Below are positions 1 through 12,858 of a stretch of 64,000 nt of DNA, in pieces. Under the pieces are notes generated by a model. That model made no database searches, was not told the DNA's origin, and saw only the letters and a list, made by a program, of their open reading frames with translations. This DNA is from Macrostomum lignano (lineage: Eukaryota). The stretch spans positions 416,257 to 480,256 of the forward strand of contig NIVC01000527.1 in assembly GCA_002269645.1 (NCBI GenBank), written 5' to 3'. Numbering within the stretch: the first letter of the stretch is position 1; each line of letters starts with the position of its first letter. The translations under genes were made by a program, and so were the position numbers.

Positions 1-193
1 AACCTCTCCTGCTTAGCTCGTAAAAAATCTATACGAACATGTAGATCCCATTGGATGTCAGACCTGACCAATAGAGATGCTGGGCCACGCAAAGTGGGGG
101 TTGACAAAGTAAATATAATCACGTCGACGCAAAAACCTTAGCAAAAATAGTGAGCCGTGTCTACTAGTCCGCCCACAGCTAGTCTCGGCAGCC

Positions 194-3100
194 ATGGAAT
201 CTGTGAGTCATCGCCGAATCGCCGTACTGTTCGTGCAGCTCGCCTGTCTGCTGCTTGGAGCCAGCGTGAAGCCAGCCATAATAGGTACGATGCCTTAATT
301 AGACTAAGTTACAACTAATAATTACCTTATTAGTTACCTTATAATTAAAGTGCTTATCTGGTTACTAGCCTGAATGAACTTGTTTGCTCCCTTAAGCATG
401 TGTTGTAGTTTTTTGGTCGCCAAGCCCCGCAAAACCTCCGCGAGCTTGCTTGTGGTTCAGAGGTTCTCCTCAGTGCAAGCATAGTTATTGTCACTGCAGA
501 CACCAAACATTATCGTGTGCTTTCACTGTTGCATGAATTTCACTAAATATTTGTATAGAGTATCTACTGTATTCCCTGTACCAGAATTTACTAGGCAGCA
601 GAGTAGACCAGCGTCCAAAATGCGTCCTAATCTCACGCCAAAGTCTGTGGGTTCGATTGCTCAGTGTGCGACTGTGCGACTGTCGCTTTGGTTTGATGCA
701 GTGCCCAAAGCCCCTGCGAACTATAACTGACTATATAGTTCCCAAATATTCGGGTCAGAATTTAATTACCTGCTACAACCAACATAAAGGCGAAATATTT
801 TTCAATCAACTATAAATTACTTTGAATTGCACGTTGTAAACATAAACCGTTCGTTTATGCACCCCTCATTCTAGCCATAATAGGTCAGCTGATGTTTGTG
901 TGACATCATCGTCCTGATTGTAGCGCCGAAAAGTTAAACCTTGTGAAATATTTGCCTTAACAAAGCGGCTTTTTAACTAAAAGTTATTCTAACTGAGAAA
1001 ATTTTTATTTTATAAGAAAACTCCTACTGCACAATAGCACGCACGTACTTAAACAAATGGTTTGCCAATAAAGTTTCTGATTTGCATCGAACTATTTCTA
1101 ATGAATGACAATGGCAGCAGTGCCTCCATATTCGACGGGAATGTGCGATTTTCTGTTTACAAACCGAAGGCAGCTTTCTAAAACACATTTTTTGTTTAAT
1201 TTTAGTTCTTGCACCTGGTAAATTTATTTAAGCACCATTGAACAATAAAAATACTTCATTCTAACAGTGAATTCAAAGCTTCGTAACCATAACGTAACCT
1301 GTGTTGAGTTACGTAAAGGCAAAGCAGGTTATCCATACCTAAGTAGAAGACATCTATCAGACGGACACCACAGTATTAATTTAAAACATCTAATTTCAGG
1401 TGCTTCAAACAGTGCCCCGGACATGTACCTGTGCAGCAACCTCAATACCAGCTATGTCACTCTGCCAGGTAACGCGTGCAGCAACACAGCCTCTTTCATT
1501 ATCTACATCCTAGAGGAAGTACCCATAGGTACGTGTGTGATTTCACGCTCCAGACTCCTGGATCAGTATTTTCTTTCATGCAAAGCAACCAATCGTACTC
1601 ACAGGTGTTCCGCTGATTCAGTTCGAGGCGAGAGATCCAGAGAATGACAACGTGGCAATGACGTTGGTCGGCAAGGATCAGTCCATATACTTCTTTAGCG
1701 TAGTGTCCTATCCCAACAACAGAACTGCCGTGCTCAAGCAAAACAGCCGCCTGGATGCAGATGTATGATATAGCTATCACAGAGTAAAATTAATTTGCCG
1801 AACTCCAACTTTGCTAATAATTTTTAAGAAGGTTTGATTTTTAAAATCTTATCATTTCAGTCTCTCAACAAGATCAGTCTGGTGCTGCAAATCAAACTTA
1901 ACGATGGAAATCTTAACGAGGTGAGCGCAAACGAGCGTAACGCGTCGTACGTACCCTGTATTGCTAATGTTTCCACTCCGTTGACTTCTGCAGATAACGA
2001 AGGACTTTGATTTAGTCATTGTGCGCGACATCAATGACAATCCGCCAGAATTTCAAAATCTTCCCTACCGATGGCTCATTCCCGAGGTACCAAAATTGTT
2101 TTTACTTTTTCTCCTCTTTACTTTCTCAATCAATGCTTCTCAATGTTTTAAAGCAACAAAAACGAACCAAATATACTTTCCAGAACGAACCCCCTTCAAG
2201 CAATTTAAGTCTAACGATCGAAGTCGTGGACAGGGACCAGAGTTCATCCGGAATGCTTATTACGTACAAAGTAATTACTTCTCTGTAGGTTTTTTGAACA
2301 GTTCGATTAAAGCAAACATATATCTACGCTCGTAGAGTTAAGCTTTACCTCGGAAAACTGGAGTGTAGTTGGCAGGTGCACGAGATGGAGCGGCATGAAA
2401 ATTATTTCCGATGCACAAATTTGCTCTAGAGCTTTGTTTCAAACATTGGATGGGGAAGGAAATTCCCTGCGTGTGCAAATACGCTCGCACAAGCATCCCT
2501 TCCCATCATATCCCATCCTATCCAGCTTACCTTTGTGAGCTCAACTGTCAGCGGTTTTGCAAGCTTTGTGTTTGCATGTTAATACGTAGAAGAATGGGGT
2601 TTCAGTCCGATGATAGATGCGATGTCAAGTCATGCGCGGCATAAAACACAAACCGAACGGTTTCAGTACAGCGCGAGTAATTCCCATCTGATGCTCGTAT
2701 GTTGTGTATAAGCTCGACATGATATACATTTAGTTCAAATCGAGACGAGGTTTTTCAGTAGTGTTCATTTATAGCTGTTTTATCAGCCTAAATCAATGTA
2801 GAGGCCCCGATGGAGAGAGGAAATCTAATGAATAGTCTAATAAATCGATGCACTGTAAATGAACCCCGTTGACCAAATGAAGGCTGAAGCTCCTTAATCA
2901 CACCAATTCATGCAAACGGAATAGCCACCTGTAATGACGATGAAACAAAAACCACTTGTCTCATTTGAAGGACGTATCCGGTTCAACTGCTAAAAATTTG
3001 TTCAGCCTGTCGGATCAGACGACCTCCACCTATTGCAATCCAAGCGGCAGCTGCGTGGGCCGACGCTTCACCCGCGTGCTGACTATCCTTCGAGCTCTAG

Positions 3101-6100
3101 ACTACGAGGTGAGCAGCTTTTATCAGTTGTCGGTCAATGCCACCGACTTGACTGACGGCGGCACGACCACAGTCACCGACGTCATCATAAACGTCCAAGA
3201 CAGACAGGACACGCCACCATTCTTTGATGGCATTCCCTATCTAAAGAACGTGCCCGAAAACTCACCCAGCGGTACTCTGGTCATCACACTGATCGCCAGA
3301 GATGGAGATAGAGGCGTGCCAAATTCGATTAGCTATCATTTAGATGCTAGCAATGCGTTCTCAAAGTACTTCATCCTCAACAACGTCACCGGAGAGTTGC
3401 GCACAAGCTCAGTGAAACTGGACCGGGAAGGAGCCGACATCCTGGCCATATTTGGCACTATCGACCTGCCAGTGATCGCAAAGGAAATGTCCTCCGTGGT
3501 CCAGCCGGCCAATATCTCGCAGGCAGGCACAACGGTGCGCATTACTGTTGACGATGAGAACGATTTTTTTCCTACTTTTGAGTACCCTGTTTACAACGGC
3601 AGCGTGCCGGAGAACACAATGGCGGGCGTTCCAGTTAATCTGTTCTCACAAATCAGCATTTCCGATCTCGACGCGGGTGATAATGGTGTTTTTAACTTAA
3701 CCCTGATGCGCAATGGCCAAGTCTATCGTGACTTTGAAGTATCACCGGTGACCATCAGCAGGCAAGGTGCCGTGTTTATAATGGTCAAGAATTCCAGCTT
3801 TCTTGATTATGAGACTGTTCAAAGCGTAACATTTCAAGTGAGTCAGATTTTCAATTTGTACGGTTGGCGCACGGCGCAAGTATAATCTACAAAAGTTCGC
3901 TTTGTACCTTACAGATAGTTGCGACGGAGACAAGAACAACTCAGAGATTTTCCAGCACGGCCACTGTTCAGCTGCAGATTCTTGACGTAAATGACAACCG
4001 GCCGGTGTTCAACCAGTCTGGCTACGCCTTTACTATTCCTGAGAATTCGCCTATCAACACTTTTGTCGGCAGAGTTAAGGTCGGTAACATTTGATTAGGC
4101 AGGCTGGGAAAAAACTGTTGATTTCCTAATGAACCGTGATAATTTTTCCTTTCAGGCTACGGATGCGGACAGTGGAGCATTCGGAACAGTTTCTTATGCT
4201 CTGGACGGCACAGATGCGTTCAAGTATGATAACAACTTTTCTATCATTCTGATTGTTAATTTTTTGTTTTTTTTCTAAATTGGTGAAAACGTTATTGGAA
4301 TTTATAAAATATTTAAATATGTGCTTCAGATTTCGCATTAATTCAACAACTGGAGACATATTCGTTAATGTGGACGCGGACAAAAACCTGACTCTGCTGG
4401 ACAGAGAGCGCTTTTCAACCATATTTCTCACTATTGAGGGCCGAGACGGAGGCGGGTTCGTAACGGCAGTTCAGATGGAAATTTTGTTGAGTGACCAAAA
4501 CGATCAAGCGCCAGTTTTCACCAGATTAAGCTACTTCGGAGTTGTCAAGGAGAATTCTTTTACATTTGATTCGCCAGTTCAAGTTGAGGTAATTGTCGAG
4601 AGTTTTGTCTTTTAATGCGAAGGAATAACAGCAACATTAAAAATTTGCCTTTTAAAATGTTTTAGGCAGCAGATAACGATTTAAAGGGAAGCAACAACAG
4701 CATCGTTGAGTACAGAATCATCGGTGGGGATTTGGGCGGTAACTTTAACATTGTCAGCACTAGCGGTCTTCTCATGATTAGGACGCCACTCAACTACGAG
4801 TCTCTGCCTTCCAGCATCGTAAATTTGACAATCTCGGCATATGATCTGGGTGTGCCGTCTCTAAATAGCAGCATAAATGTACAAGTTACTGTGCTAGACC
4901 AGAACGACAACAGTCCGATTTGCACGTACGCACTTTTCAACGCAACAGTGATGGAGAACGCAACTTCGGGCACGCAGATCCTGCAGGTGAATGCCACAGA
5001 TGCGGACCCGCCTGGCTCCGAGAACTCTCGCGTCTTCTTTCGCATTCAAACAGGTGCCGCTGACAAGTTCACAATCGATGGCAACACGGGTTGGATTGTG
5101 GTGGAGCGGGGTGCAGACCTGGACGTCACTCGGTATGGGAGCCGATACAACCTGAGCATCATTGTGTACGATAACGGCACTCCACAACGCAACGGTACCT
5201 GCATAGCAGTAATATTTGTTCGAGACGTAAACAACCAACGGCCGTACTTTGAAGTTCCAACGAGGCGCGAGACGGTCCAGGAGAACTTATCACTGAATCA
5301 ACCACTGCCCATAACGCCACAGTTTACAGCGAAAGATCCAGATACTACTTCTAACCTGCAGTATTCTATACTATTCAGTCAGATGAGTGCCACAGAGGGC
5401 AACGGCCAGCAAGTGTCGGTTAGCAACTATAACTACACAGATTTGCTGTACGTTTCAAGTACAAACGGAACATTGTTCGTAAAAAACATTTTGGACCGCG
5501 AAAAAGCTCAAGAGATTCAAATTCCGATTTTTGTTCAGGACCTGGCAGCAGAAACGCCACTTCCAGTGCAGACAGCCACGGGTACACTTATTATAACCCT
5601 GTCCGATCTGAATGATGAATCTCCGGTGTTTCAGTTGCCTGCTGTGAACAATACATATCGTATTACTGTATCAGAAGGGCTGCGGCCACCGACAGATATC
5701 AGCTTGAAAGCACTTGCTACGGACCCAGACACATCGAATCCTCCTCTGGTTTATAGCATCAGTCCACCTAGTACGATATTCAGCATCGACACTAACACAG
5801 CCCAAGTGTCTTTGAAGACGGCATTAGATCGCGAAACGGCTGATCAGCATCAATTCTTTGTGTTGGTCAACGACAGCATTCACATCACTACTGCAACAGT
5901 ATACGTTAACGTTAGTGATTTCAATGATGTTACGCCTAGTTTCTATCAATTTGCTTCGAATCTGAGCATATCTGAAGCAACCAGCGTCGGCTCGCTTTTG
6001 ACTAGGGTGCTGGCATACGACAATGACACTGGTCTCTTCGGGACTGTCCACTACCGAATTCTCAGTGGAGGTGGCGGAAAGTTTGCTCTAAATGACACCA

Positions 6101-9100
6101 GCGGCGAGCTCAGGCTGGGCCAGGCTCTCGATCGAGACGTTCCCGGAGGCGAAGAGTACAGTTTGCTTATTGAAGCATTTGACAATCCTGGAAGTGCAGA
6201 CAGCCTTCGGACAAGCAGAGCAATGATGATCAGCGTACTTGATGTCAACGACAATCCGCCACGATTTGCTCAGGACAACTTCACGATCACGTCGTTACTG
6301 GAGAGCATGGATTCGAATCAGTTAATTCGGGAAATTAGTGCAACTGACGCCGATACCGGTGTCAACGCGCAGATCAGCTTTTCTCTGCGTGCCATCCCAG
6401 GTCAAAACTCTGACGCCTTGAATCTATTCTTTGTGACAACAAAACAATCTGGATCGGTATTCTCTGCAGCAATATGGACTCGAAAGAGTCTTACGAGAGC
6501 TGTCGGTTGGTATAACCTTACTTTACTAGCAACAGATGCTGGTACTCCAACAATGACAGGATCCACCAATCTTACATTCTTCATTGCCGACGTAAACGAT
6601 CACAGTCCGGTATTTGTCTATCCAAATCAGACACAGACGGTGATCCAGGTAAATGAATCCACGAATGCTTCGAGCACAATCGGTAAGCCCCTTTTAGTAG
6701 CCAAGGCGATAGATCAAGACTACGGAAACAACACTATAGTTCGATTCGACCTTACGTCAAGTAATGGTGACAACGCAGCATTTAATATAGATGCCGTCTC
6801 TGGCCTCCTGACAGTGGCCACAAACCTGAATAGAGAGGTCAAAAGCGAATACCGCTTCTCGATAAAAGCTTACGACCTCGGAGTGCCGCCGCTAACAACG
6901 ATGGTCAACATAGTTGTTCAAGTTTTGGATGTGGACGAAAGTCCGCCAGTGTTTGGGCCGGATTCGCGGGTGCAGCAGCTGAGCGTGCCAGAGAATTCAG
7001 TTCCTTCGTCCCTCATCCCGGGGCTCACCATTTCTGGCGTTCGGGTTGGATCTATAGCGAAAGCTTCCGACCCGGATGTAACCGACAAGTCAACACCAAT
7101 ATGCTATTTTATGTTAGGTAAGTCTCGTCAGTATGATTAACTTATAGCTTTTGAGAGGTGCAAAACTAAAATTCAGTCATCCTCTTCCGAATAAATGAAT
7201 GCAGACCCAGTCTACTATCTGTTCTATCTAAATAAGACCAGTGGAGATTTGTACGTCTTGTCGGCGTTGGATCGCGAAGCAGCTCCTCAATACAATCTTC
7301 ATGTTATTGCAGTTGGAGCGAGTCAGTGCAACTCAAGTAAGATAACTTCCTTTTTTCTCGATAGACACGAATTCATGTCTAAATAGAAACGTTAAAACCC
7401 ACTTACAGCGGCATACGAGTGGAAGAATGCAACAAACCATCGTGTGAAGAGGTACTTGGATACAACACCCATAGCCTACAATCCAAATAATGCCACAATG
7501 GCCCTGATTGTAGTCAATGTTGGTGACGTGAATGATAATCCACCAGTGTGGAAAAATTCGATTTACTACGGTGGAGTCAGAGTCACAGATCCGCCAAGCA
7601 CCACAGTGTTCAACTTTGCCGAGTTTGTCACCGATGCGGACATCGGGAATAACAGCTTGCTCACATTCGGCATGACCGGACCAACGCCCGACAACCAGAA
7701 GCTGAGAACGCAACTTGCCAGCCGTGAAATCTTGGACTCCGTGTTCACTCTGGACAATAGGACTGGGGTTCTGAAGACCGGAGACAAAACATATTTCCAG
7801 GAAACCATGACCGGCGCCGTATCGTTCAATGTGACCGCATCAGACTCAAAGTATTTGGCCACCACCATGTGCACAATTTACCTTCTGAGCCTAGAACAGC
7901 AGCTTATTGTCGTCATGAGTGGAGTTCCGGCAAATGCCACGCGAATTCGAGACGCCTTCGTTAGCTACCTGTCTAATATTACAGGATGGCGAATTGTGGT
8001 CGATAACATTGTTACACATAAAAACGATGACGGCACTGCCGACAATAGCAAGTGAGTACATGCAACTGTCGCAATTGGTACTAATCGATTTACATATATC
8101 GAAGCATTTTTCTTTGTGCACATTCTCACTTGTTTTCAGAACCGATATGTACATCCATGCGATAAATCTTAAAGACAATAGCATTGTTCCCGCGGCAACT
8201 GTGCGAGACAAAGTCGACCTCCTGTGGCCTGAGATGGTTGCTATTTACAAGACATTTGGCGTCCTCCAAGTCAAGCTGGCATCGCAGCCGGCCTCGTCTG
8301 ACTCGATTCTGGAAATAATGCGGATCGCCCTGATTGTGGTGGCCTGCAGCCTGGCCATATTGCTGTTCTTTGCCTGCGTCTCGCTCTGGTCGTGCCGACG
8401 GATGTACCGTAGAAAGTTGAAGGCCGCCACCGCCGTTGCATTTGGTAATTGATTGTAGCGAGCGTATTTATGCTTTTATAAAAAGTCTGATTTTTAACGC
8501 TCCGTGACAACTTTTATTGCAGGCACGAATGGACACTCAAACGCTCCTAGAACACCTGGAACTAATATGCACACATACGAGGGGTAAGCTCAGACTAATA
8601 AGTTATCTAATTATTAGTGTGATTGTACTGGCATGCATTAGAGAGCCACAATTTCTCAAACACTTACACGTAGCACGCATGCTCATTAATATTTCTTCAG
8701 TTTGTCCTATTTCTAATCAGGTACAGGTATGTAGAGGCGTGTCTTTCTCCTCACAAATACCAAGCACAAACGTTTTTTTCTTCAATTTAAAAATTCGGCT
8801 GATCCCGTCCGCTGCGATCACAATTTTGTAGAGCTGATTTGAAATCCTTTTTCACACCCCTTACACAGCTCGAATCCCATCTGGCTGGAGGCGTACAACA
8901 TGAACCAGTACGACAACAAGAACTTTGAAAGGTATGCATGCGTAGATGAATGCTTTTTGGCTAAGTACCATGAAATTCAGGGGATTTGCCGACTTCTTGT
9001 AATTCTAAGTTGCTTCAAACAATAGCTCAACTGTTTTCTTGGCGGTGCGCCATAAAAGAAAGTCAACCTCTACACTATAGTTGGCACTTTGGGGCGAGAG

Positions 9101-10273
9101 AATTGGTTGCTAAGCTACAGAAAAAATCTGAATTCTGCTTCCTCCAAAGCCGAAACCAGCTGGTTTGTTTGCTCAAGCCCGCGGGGTTTTTCAAACAATA
9201 GCAGGCATTGCTTAGCATAGCAAAGCAATTGTGATTTCTTCAATAACGTGAGCAATAACGTGACCAACGGGGCGGATCTGAAGCGTGATAAATCCGCCGA
9301 TTTCAGCGCTAAGCCTGGCTTACTGGGCTTTGTTGAATCCAGCTGGCAGACCGGAGCCGCGACTTGCCTGGGAGAAAAGAATAAATCGTATGAGAATAAA
9401 TACTAATAGCTCAAGAACAAAATCTTTTTATGGCTGAGGCAGTCACGGCGGCTTGCAAGTTCTTTCTTGATTCTCACGCGGCGGCTTTCTAGCAGCCGAC
9501 TCAGCCGCTACCTGGACTCCTGAGCACTTCAGAGCTTTATTATGGGCGTTTCTGCTTCTTTTGTATGCTGTTGAATTTCCGAAAGACTGTTTGAAATTCA
9601 GAAAAACTTTGCCGAGAAGTTTTTGCTGTGTGTTTGGCTTTTACTGCCTTAGATTTTTTGCGTACTGCATTTATAAGAACTACATTTTCTAGTTTTAGCA
9701 TAGACCAGAGAGCAGCCTCAAGCTTTCTGGGAACGTACGAGTTTTTATGTACTCATGGTTATATGTTTATTAATGTAAACGGGAGATGGCTTGATTCTGC
9801 AGGATTCATTCTACGAGGATGATTAGTGCACACGTTGCTAGATAAGGGTGTAAGGCATAAAGAATTAGAGTTAGGAGATTGTCGGATTGAACCGAGAATA
9901 AAAGGAATGATGAAAAACCAAACAAACTATAGGACTGTTTAATGAGAAAAGCTGGTAAAGTATAAAAAGCTTACGCAGTTACGCCAATCCTTTGCGCCAT
10001 CGCAGCAGCGACAAAGGCGACTCCATCGACAGCAGCCAGATGGAGCCGGCCGATCAGCAAATTGAAATGCGCTTCGACGAAGTAGAAAAGACCATGGAGT
10101 TCCTCAACGACAACATCTCCGAGTCCGGCTCCACCAACTTCCGCAACAGCCGCGAGATGCTGTCCTCGGCGGTGGACGCTGGCCCGGACATTCTGGCCGA
10201 GCCGACTCCAGGCCCGGGCGACGATGGACTGGCACCTGTCAATCTGAACGGCGTCCCGGCCACCAGCATCTGA
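194..10273 (+). CDS. Cad87A: Cad87A/CDH23-like cadherin, ~1975 aa (signal peptide, 14 cadherin repeats, membrane-adjacent domain, TM, cytoplasmic tail)
   Basis: Hand-built phase-consistent GT-AG exons: 194-284, 1400-1528, 1605-1762, 1861-1920, 1994-2086, 2184-2270, 2971-3837, 3915-4079, 4156-4223, 4330-4588, 4666-7117, 7205-7336, 7409-8051, 8140-8444, 8523-8583, 8869-8931, 9979-10273. Repeated DxNDNxP/LDRE/DxD calcium motifs; membrane-adjacent segment SNITGWRIVVDNIVTHKNDDGTADNSKTDMYIH; TM IALIVVACSLAILLFFACVSLW; tail motif TNMHTYEGSNPIW typical of the Cad87A/CDH23 group. The exon 6/7 junction is least certain, and orthology is inferred from motifs. Confidence 0.88.
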
Positions 10274-10516
10274 GAGCTTAGCAACTGAGTGCCCAATTAA
10301 ATATTTCTCGTTACACACTAAGGCAGTAAATTTTGACTAATCAGCCTAATAATTTATCCGTTCACACCCTGTCATAAAAAATACGGTTAATGAAAAAAGT
10401 TACGAAAAATGTAATGCAAGTGTTCACAAAAATTGACTGATGTGTTATCAGGCATTTCCAAACCCCAGCTTCCTCACCCTCACTGTACATTTAAGTCTCG
10501 CTCGGGCCTCGGTTCC

Positions 10517-11005
10517 ACTTTCCTACCCCATTAACCCTCCATTCTTGCCTAATGTACATTTATCGCTGAATCAAGCCCCTTCAACTTTCTTACCCCATTA
10601 ACCCTCCATTCTTGTCTAATGTACATTTATCGCTGAATCAAAAAGCCCCTTCAACTTTCCTACCCCATTAACCCTCCATTCTTGCCTAATGTACATTTAT
10701 CGCTGAATCAAGCCCCTTCAACTTTCCTACCCCATTAACCCTCCATTCTTGCCTAATGTACATTTATCGCTGAATCAAGCCCCTTCAACTTTCCTACCCC
10801 ATTAACCCTCCATTCTTGCCTAATGTACATTTATCGCTGAATCAAACCCCTTCAACTTTCCTACCCCATTAACCCTCCATTCTTGCCTAATGTACATTTA
10901 TCACTGATTCAAACCCCTTCAACTTTCCTACCCCACTAATCCTCCATTCTTTCTCAATCTACGCTCGTACATTTTCGCTGAATCAAGCTTTTTCCACTTT
11001 CCAAC
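10517..11005. repeat. Minisatellite, 67-bp unit, ~7 copies
   Basis: Unit CCTACCCCATTAACCCTCCATTCTTGCCTAATGTACATTTATCGCTGAATCAAGCCCCTTCAACTTT; period 67 (10522 to 10589). Confidence 0.95.
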
Positions 11006-12858
11006 CCCTCTGACCTTCACTCACTCGCCCGTTGTAAAAGGGGTCATTTTTAGCTACGGAATGGAGTCTAGTATCTTGTCTGACCAGTAGACTAGAAACT
11101 CCAGCTGTTCCATCCAAGTGGCCTGTTTGCACTCCTAAGTTTTTTATCCAGATTAGCTAAACTTGCTAATGGAGAGCTAAAATGTACTGCCAACGTGTTT
11201 TAAAAAGCATCACCAGATGGCCATTTAATGCGTCACATCGAACTCTTGAGGTGCAGCATGCAATTTTCGTTTTTTCAATACGCTTGCTATTTCGTCTATG
11301 CATCCCGTCTTTCTCATTTGCTAAAGAGCATTCACTTATTGGTTTAAACTACTAAACTGACATTAAAATTTGCTAGTCTGCGTAGGAATATGCAAGCCTG
11401 GAGGTCGGTTTTCTTAATTCTTATGTAACAAAAATTTTGTATAGAAATGCATAGCATGCTACTCGATCTATTGTAATATTACTCTGCAACAGTCAAAAGT
11501 AGCACGTCGATCGAGGGGCGGATTCCGCGACACTCGTGAGTGAATTAGGAGAGAGAAATTTGCGTCCTCGCTAGGAGGGTGCTTGCGGTTCTCCCCAATT
11601 CCCTCAACTTTAGACTGACGCAGTGGCTGAGAGGTGACAGTTCGCCGCTCGTTAGGGGTTCCACTTTCGACTATAGCTGATATAGTTTGAATTAAATTAA
11701 AATAGAAATAAAAGACTTGAGATTAATCTGTATCTACTTGTAACAGATTCCTTTAAATAAAAAATTGCATGCATTTTACTACACATGGTGTCGTCCTGCA
11801 ATATCTATAATCTAACAATTGCCACTTAACTGTACAATGTATGTTACAGGCGCCAGCTATAATAAAAATTTCTTTCTCCTCCTGATACCCTGAGAAAGCG
11901 AACCCTTTTCACTGTTTTTTGTTATGCAGTATACGTTCGCAACTTAAATATATATTAGAGTCCAAGGCTAACCAAACACTTGAGCGATGGATGCAGGCAC
12001 CATTGAAAAACGAATCTGAAACAAAACACATATTGGTAGCAATGTGCATTATATACGCTGCAAGTAGGGCGATAAATTTTGTTATGCATTCAATTAATTG
12101 CTTAATATTTGACTCCGGGTATTCAAGTAAAACAATGAAAACGCAGGAAGCAAATCAGAGCGTGAAAGTTATTGGTTATTGGGCTAAACTCAATTTGGCC
12201 TTTAAATGTACGTTTACATTGTTAGCATTGTTACAGTACAGTTGAGCAGGATTTAAAACTCAGGGAAAGCAGGCAACTTTGAAAACTGAGTAGTGATCAG
12301 AAATTGGATACCGGAAATAAGCGAAAGTACAGTGTGGCTTTTACACCGGTTTTTAGTGTAAAAGTGTAGAATGCACGACATTAAACAGGGTTCTACGAGG
12401 AAAAGTTTGAAAAATTGGACTAAAAATCCATTTAGAACATTGAATTCGAGAGATGGAAGAACTATAATTTTGCTCGAAGTTTTTTTCAGGGGTATTTTTT
12501 CTCAACTCGGAGTTAATAAACTTGTGGAACCTTAGCGGACCAAACACAACTACTGTGGTTTCAAATAATTTTCGGTATAAAGTACAAAAGGGAACGGAAT
12601 CTCGCTAGCTAATGCAATTTGAAACTAAAAAAATGTCTTCAGATAAATTTTCCATAATTCTGAAATGTCACGTCCTCCTACTACCAGTGGTCCTGGCAGG
12701 CGAACAAATGCTGCTGGTCGAACAGACTTATTTGACAAAGCGATCAGTAGAAATGGTCACGGAATTCCTCGCTAGACTGCCAGAAATTCTAGCAGGGTCT
12801 AGTCAAAGTCAATGTATAGGCTACTCATACACACGAGGAACATGCAGTTGCACTCAGC

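Noticed and set aside
9803-9845. Possible alternative terminal exon of the cadherin (TGCAG|GATTCATTC...)
   Set aside because: It would give only a short unconserved peptide, with no support beyond an AG.
11620-11670. A-box-like TGGCTGAGAGG with a weak downstream B box
   Set aside because: No cloverleaf and a poor B box; insufficient for a tRNA or SINE call.
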